64,000 nucleotides of DNA from Candidatus Poribacteria bacterium. GTDB lineage: Bacteria; Poribacteria; WGA-4E; WGA-3G. Below are positions 1 to 8,991 of the stretch, in pieces (position 1 is the first letter of the stretch; every line of letters starts with the position of its first letter). The position numbers were made by a program, and so were the translations under genes. The notes under the pieces are model-generated. The model was not told where the DNA came from. It searched no databases and saw only the letters and a program-made list of their open reading frames with translations. The stretch spans positions 2,987,412 to 3,051,411 of the forward strand of contig OZ240248.1 of the NCBI GenBank assembly GCA_965198235.1, in the 5' to 3' direction.

Positions 1-321
1 GCAGGCATCTTCATAGTCCATAAAGAGATGTGTTTCTATATCAAAATCGCCTTCGTGCTCCTGATAGAGTTGGTTCGTTGTGTCTGAGGGCCAGAGATTC
101 CGGTTCAGTTCACCTTTGATGTGAAGCCATCCGGCTTTCGTTTTGCCCATATCCCACTCTTTCGGTTCAACGCCTTCTTCATCGGAAGTCTTCCATTTCC
201 AATTCGGATTCTTCAAGGCGTTTCCGTCAAACGGGTCCCCAAGGGAGTCCGCGGCTTGCCCAGAGATTATACCGTAAAGCATCGTAAAACTGACACACAA
301 CAGAATAGCTACCGGTTTCAT
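1..321 (-). CDS. Secreted concanavalin/LamG-like jelly-roll protein, N-terminal part (ORF runs off the left edge)
   Basis: Not in ORF track. Hand translation from ATG (complement of 319-321): MKPVAILLCVSFTMLYGIISGQAADSLGDPFDG...NLWPSDTTNQLYQEHEGDFDIETHLFMDYEDAC. Signal peptide, and collinear with the neighbouring protein (NLWGDDTSTRFYQVTDQDQFDIETSMVVDYADAC). Confidence 0.6.
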   Translation of the reverse strand, partial: MKPVAILLCVSFTMLYGIISGQAADSLGDPFDGNALKNPNWKWKTSDEEGVEPKEWDMGKTKAGWLHIKGELNRNLWPSDTTNQLYQEHEGDFDIETHLFMDYEDAC

Positions 322-395
322 ATTTTGTTTCCATAAAAGAACTGGCGGCATTGCAGCCGCCAGCGATTCGTAGAAGTTGCAAATAGCGTTCGCTA

Positions 396-1169
396 CTATT
401 GTTGTCCTTTCAGTTCACCCCATGTGACAGCGAGTCGGCCACGCGGGTCAACCGGAGTTGCCGGACTTGATGCTTCTCGGAAGTAGTCAAAAGTGACAGT
501 CATCTTACCGCCACCTTCGCCTTCGCAGATACCGACGTAGATGCCGACCTCAAGAGGTTCTTCGAGTTCGTTCGTCACTTTACTCACCGAGACCCAGTCG
601 CCTTCCGCATTCGGCTTGAACCATGACTCGTATTCGTCGCCATCGCGTTTGACGCGCAGTTCAATCGGAATAACACCTTGATCTGGGTTGTAATCCGGTT
701 GTGTGCCGACATACGGCGCAGCATCATTTTGACGACGCTGGTACTGAAGGACCGCGTTGTTGTTTTGCGCAGCACCACGCCCCCACAACTTCAATGTCAC
801 CCATTGGCCATCTCGGTTCTGGTGATCCTTCGTCGTGGCAGAGTACACGACAATGCCAGCGACAGTGCAAGCATCCGCATAATCGACAACCATCGACGTT
901 TCGATGTCAAATTGGTCCTGATCTGTGACCTGATAGAAACGTGTAGAGGTGTCATCACCCCATAAATTCTGGTCGAAGCCTGCCTCGGCAACAAGCAGTC
1001 CGTCCTTCAACTCCCAAGGACTCTTATCGCCATCCTTGACCTGCCAAAAGGATTGGAGGTCTTCACCGGTCCCACTGAATTCATCGCTCATCAACGTTTG
1101 TGCGAAAACGCCGGGGATGAGACATACAGATAGAGTCAGAATTGCAACTATGCAAGTAATCTTTTTCAT
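396..1169 (-). CDS. Secreted concanavalin A-like lectin/glucanase-fold protein (DUF1349/LamG-like) with C-terminal TWG tail
   Basis: ORF 396-1205. Start moved to MKKITCIVAILTLSVCLIPGVFA (signal peptide, purine-rich AAAGGG about 7 nt upstream). Tandem paralogue of 1-321. Ends ...VDPRGRLAVTWGELKGQQ. Confidence 0.7.
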   Translation of the reverse strand: MKKITCIVAILTLSVCLIPGVFAQTLMSDEFSGTGEDLQSFWQVKDGDKSPWELKDGLLVAEAGFDQNLWGDDTSTRFYQVTDQDQFDIETSMVVDYADACTVAGIVVYSATTKDHQNRDGQWVTLKLWGRGAAQNNNAVLQYQRRQNDAAPYVGTQPDYNPDQGVIPIELRVKRDGDEYESWFKPNAEGDWVSVSKVTNELEEPLEVGIYVGICEGEGGGKMTVTFDYFREASSPATPVDPRGRLAVTWGELKGQQ

Positions 1170-1306
1170 TAACATACCCTTTCTATTTTTCGTACAGGAC
1201 GACATTTTTTGGTATCCAAAGAGATTCTTTTACCCCTCAGATGACTTTGGGTTCGTCCGTACAGATGATTCGTCTGAAATATATTAACACATTGATTGGA
1301 AAAAAA

Positions 1307-4300
1307 TCAACTTTTTTCACCCTCTCCAATTGAGGATCTTACAATTTCCTTTTCGGTCGGTGTTAACCTATATAAGTCATAGACCAGTTTATCAATTTGT
1401 TTTTCTTCTGTAGGCTGGTTAGCTTTCGGGTTTTCTTGTTTTGCTGCCATAATCTGTTCTACTAGTTCAATAATAGGTTGCTGTTCTTCTACTGTTGCGG
1501 TAGGAATCGGGATCTTGCCGACATAATACTCGTCAAAAGTCATAGTTCTGATAGCAGACGAAAAAATGAATTTATAAGCATACCAGTTTATCAGTACTGA
1601 ATTCAGAATAGCTGAGACAAAAATAGGGGAAAAGTTTTCGTCGGTAAGAACGGTATTTATCACCGTATCTACGCTTAGTATATCACCTGTTTGATCAACG
1701 GTTGCGGTAATTTTGATATGCGGCTTTGGGTTCTGAATATGTGCTATAATCTTTTGTGACATCATCTTTGGCTTTTGTAAAAATTCAACTTTTTCATTAG
1801 AGGGATCCAAATTTTCGGAGTCTATAAAACCCTTGATACTATCAGTCCCGTAACGGACTATATTATCACCTCCAATTACCGGAATATCACCTGACTCACT
1901 CAGCAGGCTCTGCCATGGCAAGCCTCGTTTTGTGTCAGAAATATCTCGCATAAACGTTCCAATTTGATTTAACTTTGAGGCGAGTTGAATTTCCTCGCGT
2001 GAGACATCACATATCCACGCTTGAAACTGCTCTGGATAAGAATGGGAAATGTGTGTTTTCCTAATCCACATCTCATTGATAAATTTATGTGCCGTATAAA
2101 AATTTCCCGCATAACATGAGTCATGGACAAAAATCGCTTGCTCAAGATTGACTTTGGCATCTTTGAAAGCCTCTCCTACGTCGATTAAAACCCGAGTTTT
2201 ATCCAACAGGGCGAACATCAGACTATGCCAGTTTTCAACGAATAGTAATGACTTAGGAACAATAAAGGCAAGTATACCATCCGATTTCATCAAACGGTTC
2301 TTCGCTATATCTATGAAAAATGCAGCACTTGTCCAGTTTTTCGTTTCTTTCACTATTGTTTTCAGATAATTTTTTTCATTTGGGTCGAGATCTGCTCCAT
2401 AGGGCGGATTACCAACAATCGCGTCAAAACCTGGATTTTCCAGTTTATTTCCTAATTCGTCGCGAAATATTTCAGGGAATTCAATCTCCCAGTGGAAATA
2501 GCGGTAGTGCTCTGCTAGTTCTTGTGCTTTTTGGTATCCTTGTAGATTGGTAGGGATATTTGTCTGATGTGACGACAGGGCATCCAGAATAGCATGATAA
2601 TCGCCGCGTTTAACTGTATTTCCAAAGTGAACACTCAACCAGAGATTCGCAGCTTCCTTGTGCCTGCTCAATGTTTGCTGTGCTTGCTCTAATTTTCGTT
2701 CCATTGTATGGATATCGTTAACAGTTTGACTCTCCATCTTTTCAATAACAAGGTAATGTCCAACCGCTTCCGAAACAGTAAGGGTAAATCCGAAATCCAT
2801 GTTGACCACAATTTGCGGTGTTTCGTTAGCACGGCGTTTCGTCGGTGTCGGTAGATAGGCAAGTTTAGCAATGTCCACTCCAATCAGAGAATTTCCACAA
2901 CGGATGTGGTGATCAAGGAATGAAAGCGGTTCGCCTTTCGCTACTGTATGAAGCCAAAGGGATACTTTCGCCAATTCTACCGCCATTGGATTACTATCCA
3001 CGCCATAAATACAGTTTTCAACAACGCGTCTGCGCCAATAGGCAATTTCTGTGTCGTCATCACCAGTCACCATAGATGGTGGAGCATCCGGATGTGTGGC
3101 GAGTTCCAACGCGAGGTGGTCGATAACACCAACGAGAAAATGACCACTTCCCATCGCCGGATCTAGGACTTTGATTCGGAGGATCTCTTCAAACGTTTTG
3201 CGTTTACAGAGCGGATCAAGTGCGTTTTCAACCATTGAACGCACAATTGCATCAGAGGTGTAATAACTTCCACTCGTTTTGCGCTTGTCTTTTTTTCTTA
3301 TTAACTGAACTTTTCCAAATACACCTTCCACGGACGGTTCATATTCGAGCAGTCCTTCGTAGATATTGCCCAAATGCTGAATTGCCAAATCTTGGTAGGT
3401 GATGCGTTCTCGCTCGGTTGTTCTGGTTAGTATATTAATGACGTTGGCAAGAACATCATTGCCGATTTTGCTATCTTCCAGAAAAGCGTGGCGATCTGGG
3501 TTGAACAGACCTCCATTATATTGAGGGATGTGTTCTGCCCATCCTTTATTGATAAGGGTAAACAGGGTCTGGAGACGACTCCAATAATCCGTTCGTAGAT
3601 CTGCAACTGCGGAACTGTTGTCTAATTTGCTATGTATTTCAGTCGCAAGTGCTTCCAAGCTGTATTCGGTTTGATATTCAGGATTTTCAAGTGGTAGCAG
3701 CCCACGGCTTTCAGCGTACAGGACAAACAGCAAGCGGTAAAGCAAGATTAAACAATTTTCATGGATCGTTTTTGTATCGGAAGTACTTAAGTTGTTATCG
3801 GGGTAGGCTAAAAAACCGTTAATAGATTCCTCTAACGCCAAATGGATTTTGTCCTCAAGATCATCTGAAACAGAGACGGTATAATGAACACTACCTGTCA
3901 ACACATCATCCAGAAAAGAGCAATTGGAAGCATCGGGTACGAATGCATCGCTCCGGAAGAAATAGTAAAAATAGCGAAACGCGTCTATATCTTCATTAAC
4001 CAGTATGTTTTCAAGGTTAACCTCGTAAAAACTATCTAATCTATAACTTGTGTCGCGATGATAAAGGCGCCACAATCTTCCGCTCGTGAGAACTCCCCAT
4101 GTGAGTCCTGAGGTGCGAATATAGAAATCAATCTGGTAGTTTGGGTTGGTATTAGAAAAGGGGTCTTCCGGCCCCTCTAATTTCTTGTCAAGGTTTGTGG
4201 TCCACCCTTTAGCATCGCCCACAGCAATTGCTGTGTGGAAGAAGATGTTGGTATTAATCTGCGGATGTGCTTGCTCTAATGATTCTCGATCAGCGAAAAA

Positions 4301-4567
4301 AGCGTAATCTGGCTGCTTTGTGCCTTGTGATGTGCGTAGGACCGGTTGCACTCCAAAAGTGTGTCCAAGAATTTTCAGGACAGGACGGATAAATTGTTCT
4401 TCTGTCTGTGGTTCATTTAGGCTCTCTGCGAATCCGGCGACGGAAGTGTAGCACCCTTTTATCTGTTCATAAGTTGATTCTAATGTGTTGGATGTCTGCT
4501 CTGTTATTACTTTTTTGAGATGATAATTAGAAAAAAGTGCCTGATTATTGCAAGTAGATTCTGCCAT
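1307..4567 (-). CDS. Type IIG (Eco57I/MmeI-like) fused restriction endonuclease / N6-adenine DNA methyltransferase
   Basis: 1086-aa ORF. N-terminal PD-(D/E)xK-like signature (KQPDYAFF ... AIAVGDAKGW), SAM motif I VLDPAMGSGHFLV, catalytic motif IV GNPPYG, and a C-terminal TaqI-like target-recognition region. Visibly AT-richer than its neighbours. Confidence 0.85.
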   Translation of the reverse strand: MAESTCNNQALFSNYHLKKVITEQTSNTLESTYEQIKGCYTSVAGFAESLNEPQTEEQFIRPVLKILGHTFGVQPVLRTSQGTKQPDYAFFADRESLEQAHPQINTNIFFHTAIAVGDAKGWTTNLDKKLEGPEDPFSNTNPNYQIDFYIRTSGLTWGVLTSGRLWRLYHRDTSYRLDSFYEVNLENILVNEDIDAFRYFYYFFRSDAFVPDASNCSFLDDVLTGSVHYTVSVSDDLEDKIHLALEESINGFLAYPDNNLSTSDTKTIHENCLILLYRLLFVLYAESRGLLPLENPEYQTEYSLEALATEIHSKLDNSSAVADLRTDYWSRLQTLFTLINKGWAEHIPQYNGGLFNPDRHAFLEDSKIGNDVLANVINILTRTTERERITYQDLAIQHLGNIYEGLLEYEPSVEGVFGKVQLIRKKDKRKTSGSYYTSDAIVRSMVENALDPLCKRKTFEEILRIKVLDPAMGSGHFLVGVIDHLALELATHPDAPPSMVTGDDDTEIAYWRRRVVENCIYGVDSNPMAVELAKVSLWLHTVAKGEPLSFLDHHIRCGNSLIGVDIAKLAYLPTPTKRRANETPQIVVNMDFGFTLTVSEAVGHYLVIEKMESQTVNDIHTMERKLEQAQQTLSRHKEAANLWLSVHFGNTVKRGDYHAILDALSSHQTNIPTNLQGYQKAQELAEHYRYFHWEIEFPEIFRDELGNKLENPGFDAIVGNPPYGADLDPNEKNYLKTIVKETKNWTSAAFFIDIAKNRLMKSDGILAFIVPKSLLFVENWHSLMFALLDKTRVLIDVGEAFKDAKVNLEQAIFVHDSCYAGNFYTAHKFINEMWIRKTHISHSYPEQFQAWICDVSREEIQLASKLNQIGTFMRDISDTKRGLPWQSLLSESGDIPVIGGDNIVRYGTDSIKGFIDSENLDPSNEKVEFLQKPKMMSQKIIAHIQNPKPHIKITATVDQTGDILSVDTVINTVLTDENFSPIFVSAILNSVLINWYAYKFIFSSAIRTMTFDEYYVGKIPIPTATVEEQQPIIELVEQIMAAKQENPKANQPTEEKQIDKLVYDLYRLTPTEKEIVRSSIGEGEKS

Positions 4568-4588
4568 TTTCGTTGTACCTCCATGTTA

Positions 4589-4617
4589 AATTTATCATAT
4601 TAGCGCGTAATTTGCAA
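4589..4617 (-). promoter_or_regulatory. Sigma70-like promoter candidate for the RM gene
   Basis: Minus strand reads TTGCAA - 17 nt - (TGA)TAAATT. A GGAGG lies between the -10 box and the ATG at 4567. Confidence 0.35.
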
Positions 4618-4731
4618 ATCCATATTACAGTAGAGCTAGTCTTATTTCGTCTTCGGCGTTTCGGTCCCTTCTGTTTTCTCTTTACTACACCCCCGATTTT
4701 TTTGGCTTTCTTTAAAAAAAAGCAGATCTCC

Positions 4732-4761
4732 TTGCAATTCGTGCTAAGACTATGTTAAAAT
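4732..4761 (+). promoter_or_regulatory. Sigma70-like promoter candidate for the TIM-barrel gene
   Basis: TTGCAA - 18 nt - (TGT)TAAAAT, about 60 nt upstream of ATG 4820. Confidence 0.35.
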
Positions 4762-4819
4762 GCAGAATTAGTGCAAAATGCACTCTGAATTACAAGTTAC
4801 GTCCTTTAGGAGGTTGTTT

Positions 4820-5584
4820 ATGAAGGTAGGTATACGAGACGGGATGTTGCCCGTTTCTTTTGAAGAATCGTTTCAGAAGGCGAAAGAGATCGGGTTTGAT
4901 GGTGTCGAGATTTGTATGGGAGTCGACTACCGTGAACATCTGCTTTGGCAGGATGACGGGATTGATAAGGTGAACGGTTTGGCAGAAGCCGCTGGGGTTG
5001 AGGTGTCTTCGCTGTCACCGGGGGGATTCACTGCGTATTCATTTATGCATCCGATCGATAGCACGCGGAGCGAGGGGATTGCAAAATTGCAATATTTGGC
5101 GGAGACGTGTCCACAACTCGGCGCGCAGGGGATTCTGGTGCCGTTTTTCGGGAATGGTCAGATCGAGGATGAGCACATCAGCGCATCACGGTTTCTTGAT
5201 GGGCTGAAAGCAGCGGCTGAAACCGCTGAGAAACACGACGTTTTCCTTGCTATTGAATCGACTTTAAGTGCGGAGCAACATCAACAGATCATTGATAACG
5301 TCGGTTCGTCAGCCGTTGGGGTTTATTACGATATGGGGAACGCCACAGGATTCGGCTATGATTCACCGTCTGAAATTCGGAGTTTGGGCGGGGCAATCTC
5401 GCAGATGCACATCAAGGACACCGACGGCAATCACGCTGGTGAGGGCGATGTTGACTTTCCTGCTGTCTTTGATGCTGTACATGCCGTTGGATACGACAGT
5501 TGGTTTGTACTGGAAACACCCGGTAAAGATGATCCGGTTGCGTCCGCAGCAAAGAATCTCGATTTTGTAAGAAATAGTTTTTGA
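4820..5584 (+). CDS. Sugar phosphate isomerase/epimerase (xylose isomerase-like TIM barrel)
   Basis: ORF 4778-5584. Start set at ATG 4820, preceded by AGGAGG. Family-typical pattern: MKVGIRDG..., GFDGVEI, LAIES, HIKDTDG..GEGDVDF. Confidence 0.8.
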   Translation: MKVGIRDGMLPVSFEESFQKAKEIGFDGVEICMGVDYREHLLWQDDGIDKVNGLAEAAGVEVSSLSPGGFTAYSFMHPIDSTRSEGIAKLQYLAETCPQLGAQGILVPFFGNGQIEDEHISASRFLDGLKAAAETAEKHDVFLAIESTLSAEQHQQIIDNVGSSAVGVYYDMGNATGFGYDSPSEIRSLGGAISQMHIKDTDGNHAGEGDVDFPAVFDAVHAVGYDSWFVLETPGKDDPVASAAKNLDFVRNSF

Positions 5585-5804
5585 GGCAGTGATAGAGGTG
5601 ACATCCGTTATCAGAAATTTATGCACTTCAATATTGGAACCCGTCTCAAGGTTGGAAAACCAAAGATATACGCGATAGATTAGGGCTAAAGAAGTCATCT
5701 AACAAACTTGCCGAGACTTTTGATGCTCATTGTGTTTAATTTCAATTATAGGAGCGGGCATTCCTTCCACACCTAAAGGATTGAGTTTCTTGCCCGAAGA
5801 TTAG

Positions 5805-6611
5805 ATGAACAGCCCAAAAACGATAGCCCCACGCTCCGAAGGTAGGAAGTTACTCTCCCTACCGACGCGACAAGCGGAGCAACTCTTTCAAAGTTACGAG
5901 AAGCAACAGCAATTGGATATTCTGAGCGCAATTCGTAACCCGAAGTCTCGAGAGAAACTCTATTACCTTGTATCCGATTGCACCGAGCTCATCCAGGAAA
6001 GTCCTACCGAAGATGTACTCCAAGTCTTGGACACGATGCTCGGCACAGGACTTGCTTCAGTCCTATTGCCGTGTCTCTCAAATGAGCAATTTGAGGAACT
6101 GCTGGACATTGCTGTCTGGCGCGATGGCAAACTCGATGAAGAGTCATTGGACCTCTGGCTTTTTGAACTTTCTGAATGTGAACGGGACGATCTTGGACGG
6201 TTTCTCAGGGAACTCGACCTCCGTTTGTTGGCAGCACTTCTCCACGGTCGTGTCACACTTCAGGATGACCATAGTGGGATGCTTCTTGAAGCTGGGTATT
6301 TTGATCCAACTTCACCGGCAATTGATTATGCAGACGAACGCGCTCGGGCGATTTGTAATGCTATTTGGGAAGCAGATGATGAGGTTTTTAGAACGTTCAT
6401 CAAGGAACTCTTCGCAATTGATACCGAAGCAGATGTTGAGGCTGAACTCGCCGCTGTTTTCGATGCTGTACAGGCTGATAGAGCTGAACGCGTCGCAGCA
6501 CGTGATAAAGAAGCCGGTATTGATGTCACTGAAGCTGACCTCATAGAGAAGGTTGACTTAGAGTTGCTTACACTTGATGACGATGAGGACGACTATGACA
6601 AAGGCGAATAG
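5805..6611 (+). CDS. Hypothetical protein with strongly acidic C-terminus
   Basis: 268-aa ORF with coherent coding look and no domain I can name. Ends LTLDDDEDDYDKGE. Overlaps the next ORF. Confidence 0.6.
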   Translation: MNSPKTIAPRSEGRKLLSLPTRQAEQLFQSYEKQQQLDILSAIRNPKSREKLYYLVSDCTELIQESPTEDVLQVLDTMLGTGLASVLLPCLSNEQFEELLDIAVWRDGKLDEESLDLWLFELSECERDDLGRFLRELDLRLLAALLHGRVTLQDDHSGMLLEAGYFDPTSPAIDYADERARAICNAIWEADDEVFRTFIKELFAIDTEADVEAELAAVFDAVQADRAERVAARDKEAGIDVTEADLIEKVDLELLTLDDDEDDYDKGE

Positions 6612-7557
6612 GTTTTCTCTCGTCGCTGGGGCGCAGCTTGACGGGCGACTCTTCCTCGCACAAGCCTTAGCCCATGGAGACACCTTCGGTGGAATTCCCC
6701 GTGAACAGGCGGATACGCTCTATCAGAGTATAGCCGCTATTGCACACAAGCTCATTACAATGAAGACGGCAGACCTCTCCGATCAATCCGGGCTACGGAC
6801 GCAGATTCAGACTGCTTTCACGCTCACCAGTCTTGGGTTAGAGTATGGTAGCAAGGGCGATTTTGACAAAGCGGTTCGACTACTCTGTAAAAACCGAGTC
6901 GTCAAATTTTTCCAAATCGGGAACACGCTGACAGAAAAATTGTTAGACAGAGCGCGCCATCTTTTAGAACACGGTGTGATTCTACCTCCTGATACGGATG
7001 AGGAACGTGTACTCGGTGCTACCTATACTGACCTTGAAACAGAGGGGATCCAGATTTATACGCAAGCGGAACTTGAATTCTTAAAGGCGTTGCTGACTTA
7101 CAGAACCACTATTCGGTCACTTCAAATAACTATCAGAGATGCGGATGTCCCAAGAGCTCTTATCCATTTGGCTGAGGTCAATATGATTGATCAGCAGTTG
7201 GCATGCATCGAGAATCGCTGCCACTACGTAAAAGCCTTGCCACTGGATAATCTGTTCGCACTGGATCCACCACTCAGTATTTTCCCCAACCCTATTGAAC
7301 ACCTCACACTCGGATTGATAGTCAATCTTGTACTCTATCGCCATGTTGATTTTCAATTAGATGCCGACACACGGCAGGATTTCTACAAGCTGGCTTATGT
7401 GGACGGTGAGATTCGGCAATCACTCCGGCAACAGTTACTTGATTGGATAGCGCAGTATCTCGAACAAGCGCACCAACCTGAACCTGTGAAGGCGTATGCT
7501 GTCTCTTATTGGGATGATTGTCTCCGAATGGAAGGAAAGAAAATTTCGGCTGAATAG
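6595..7557 (+). CDS. Hypothetical protein, probably translationally coupled to 5805-6611
   Basis: ORF 6574-7557. ATG 6595 (MTKANRFSLVAG...) overlaps the upstream stop by 17 nt. No recognisable domain. Confidence 0.6.
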   Translation: MTKANRFSLVAGAQLDGRLFLAQALAHGDTFGGIPREQADTLYQSIAAIAHKLITMKTADLSDQSGLRTQIQTAFTLTSLGLEYGSKGDFDKAVRLLCKNRVVKFFQIGNTLTEKLLDRARHLLEHGVILPPDTDEERVLGATYTDLETEGIQIYTQAELEFLKALLTYRTTIRSLQITIRDADVPRALIHLAEVNMIDQQLACIENRCHYVKALPLDNLFALDPPLSIFPNPIEHLTLGLIVNLVLYRHVDFQLDADTRQDFYKLAYVDGEIRQSLRQQLLDWIAQYLEQAHQPEPVKAYAVSYWDDCLRMEGKKISAE

Positions 7558-7559
7558 TC

Positions 7560-8231
7560 TCAGCGATCTGCCAATCCCTTCTTTGCGTCCGCAATTGCCT
7601 TGCGGGCTTGTGCGGTGCCGATGTCATTCAAGGCGCGTTCTGCCATACGGCGAAGGTCAGCGTTCGGCGAATTCAGTGCCACAATGAGCGGTTCAACCGC
7701 AGGAGTACCTATTGTAGCCAGGGCGCGCACAACAAGACGACGGACGTTCCATTCCGGATCTGTAAGGGTGTTGATGAGCGCAGGCAAAATTGTGTCAAGC
7801 GGTGTGCCGATTTCACCTAACGCATAAGCGGCATTCAACCGAATCTCCGCTGCGTCTGCTGTTAAAGCATCGATGAGATACGGCACGGCAGGTTCACCTA
7901 CATTTTGTAGGGCAACGGAGCCGACAACGCGGATGTTTTCGTCGGGATCTGTGAGCACAGAGATGAGTGCAGGTACAATGCGGACAGCGGGAGTTTTGAT
8001 TTCGCTGAGTATCCACGCCGACATCTCACGAATTTGTGGATTTTCATCGGACAATCCGTGGATTAAGGCATCGACCGCCTCAGGTCCCATTTTGACTAAA
8101 GCTTCGGCGGCTTCGGTGCGACGCACAGCCGCTCTGTCACCAAGTTGGCTGACAAGCGTTTTTATCTGTTGTTCCTGTGACTGACATGCTATCAGACACA
8201 GGAAAATGGAAAGTAAAAAGAAGCGTTTCAT
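7560..8231 (-). CDS. HEAT-repeat (PBS-lyase-like) lipoprotein
   Basis: Lipobox-like signal LSIFLCLIACQS, followed by about six repeats of the AL..L.D....VR..A..AL..IG type. Confidence 0.8.
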   Translation of the reverse strand: MKRFFLLSIFLCLIACQSQEQQIKTLVSQLGDRAAVRRTEAAEALVKMGPEAVDALIHGLSDENPQIREMSAWILSEIKTPAVRIVPALISVLTDPDENIRVVGSVALQNVGEPAVPYLIDALTADAAEIRLNAAYALGEIGTPLDTILPALINTLTDPEWNVRRLVVRALATIGTPAVEPLIVALNSPNADLRRMAERALNDIGTAQARKAIADAKKGLADR

Positions 8232-8240
8232 AGGTTGATG

Positions 8241-8269
8241 AGTATAGCATGGTTTTCGACTTTTTGCAA
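8241..8269 (-). promoter_or_regulatory. Sigma70-like promoter abutting the HEAT gene start
   Basis: Minus strand reads TTGCAA - 17 nt - (TGC)TATACT. The -10 box ends 9 nt before the ATG at 8231. Confidence 0.5.
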
Positions 8270-8327
8270 GTTCTGTCTGATTTTGTTTTAGCTATGTAGA
8301 CGAGGGTTGAAACCTCGCCAGCGAATT

Positions 8328-8357
8328 CAAGTTACGTTATTACAAGTTACGTTATTA
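8328..8357 (+). repeat. Tandem 15-mer CAAGTTACGTTATTA x2, directly followed by AAGGAG
   Basis: Perfect tandem copies at 8328-8342 and 8343-8357. The CAAGTTACG core recurs at 4793 and 44770. Confidence 0.85.
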
Positions 8358-8405
8358 AAGGAGAGTCACGGGGTTCGCCACAGTGCGAAAACCGTCAATA
8401 AAAAG

Positions 8406-8945
8406 ATGAAATTAGAGACAGCGACGTTTGGAGCAGGCTGTTTTTGGTGTGTTGAGGCAGTCTTTCTGCAGGTGGAAGGCGTTCACAAAGTCGTCTCAGG
8501 GTACACCGGCGGCACCACCGTTAATCCGACGTATCAAGCGGTGTGTATGGGAATGACGGGCCACGCCGAAGTGGTTCAGATTCAGTTCGATCCGGAGGTT
8601 ATTTCTTACGAAGAGTTATTAGAACTTTTTTGGCACACACATGATGCAACAACCTTAAATCGGCAGGGTGCTGATGTCGGGACCCAATACCGTTCAGCAA
8701 TTTTCTATCACACGGAGGCGCAACAACGTCTCGCAGAAAAATCTAAAGCCGAGATGGACGCATCCGATATGTGGGACGCTCCGATTGTGACAGAGATCAT
8801 CCCGGTTGATGTCTTTTATCCTGCCGAAGATTACCACCAAAACTATTTTCAATTGAATCCAAATCAGCCATACTGCCAGTTTGTGATTCACCCAAAGATG
8901 CGAAAGTTCACGAAGGATTTTAAGGATAAACTTAGAAATGATTAA
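8406..8945 (+). CDS. msrA: Peptide-methionine (S)-S-oxide reductase
   Basis: ORF 8307-8945. Start set at ATG 8406. Begins MKLETATFGAGCFWCVEAVF (GCFWC active-site motif), with GYTGG, HAEVVQI and YHQNYF. Confidence 0.9.
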   Translation: MKLETATFGAGCFWCVEAVFLQVEGVHKVVSGYTGGTTVNPTYQAVCMGMTGHAEVVQIQFDPEVISYEELLELFWHTHDATTLNRQGADVGTQYRSAIFYHTEAQQRLAEKSKAEMDASDMWDAPIVTEIIPVDVFYPAEDYHQNYFQLNPNQPYCQFVIHPKMRKFTKDFKDKLRND

Positions 8946-8991
8946 TAAACACATTTTGAAATCGGACCCTGCAATCTATACAGAGATAAAA

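Noticed and set aside
121-336. 71-aa plus-strand ORF at the left edge
   Set aside because: It is antisense to the hand-translated signal-peptide lectin paralogue (1-321, minus strand), which has clear similarity to the neighbouring gene.
1307-4567. BREX PglX or a DISARM-type methyltransferase
   Set aside because: No brx, pglZ or drm partner genes flank it. The N-terminal PD-DxK nuclease signature fits a stand-alone Type IIG enzyme better.
5968-6546. 192-aa alternative-frame ORF, plus minus-strand ORFs within 5805-6611
   Set aside because: They are embedded in the longer 5805-6611 ORF. The Ser/Arg-rich composition is typical of off-frame translation of an acidic gene.
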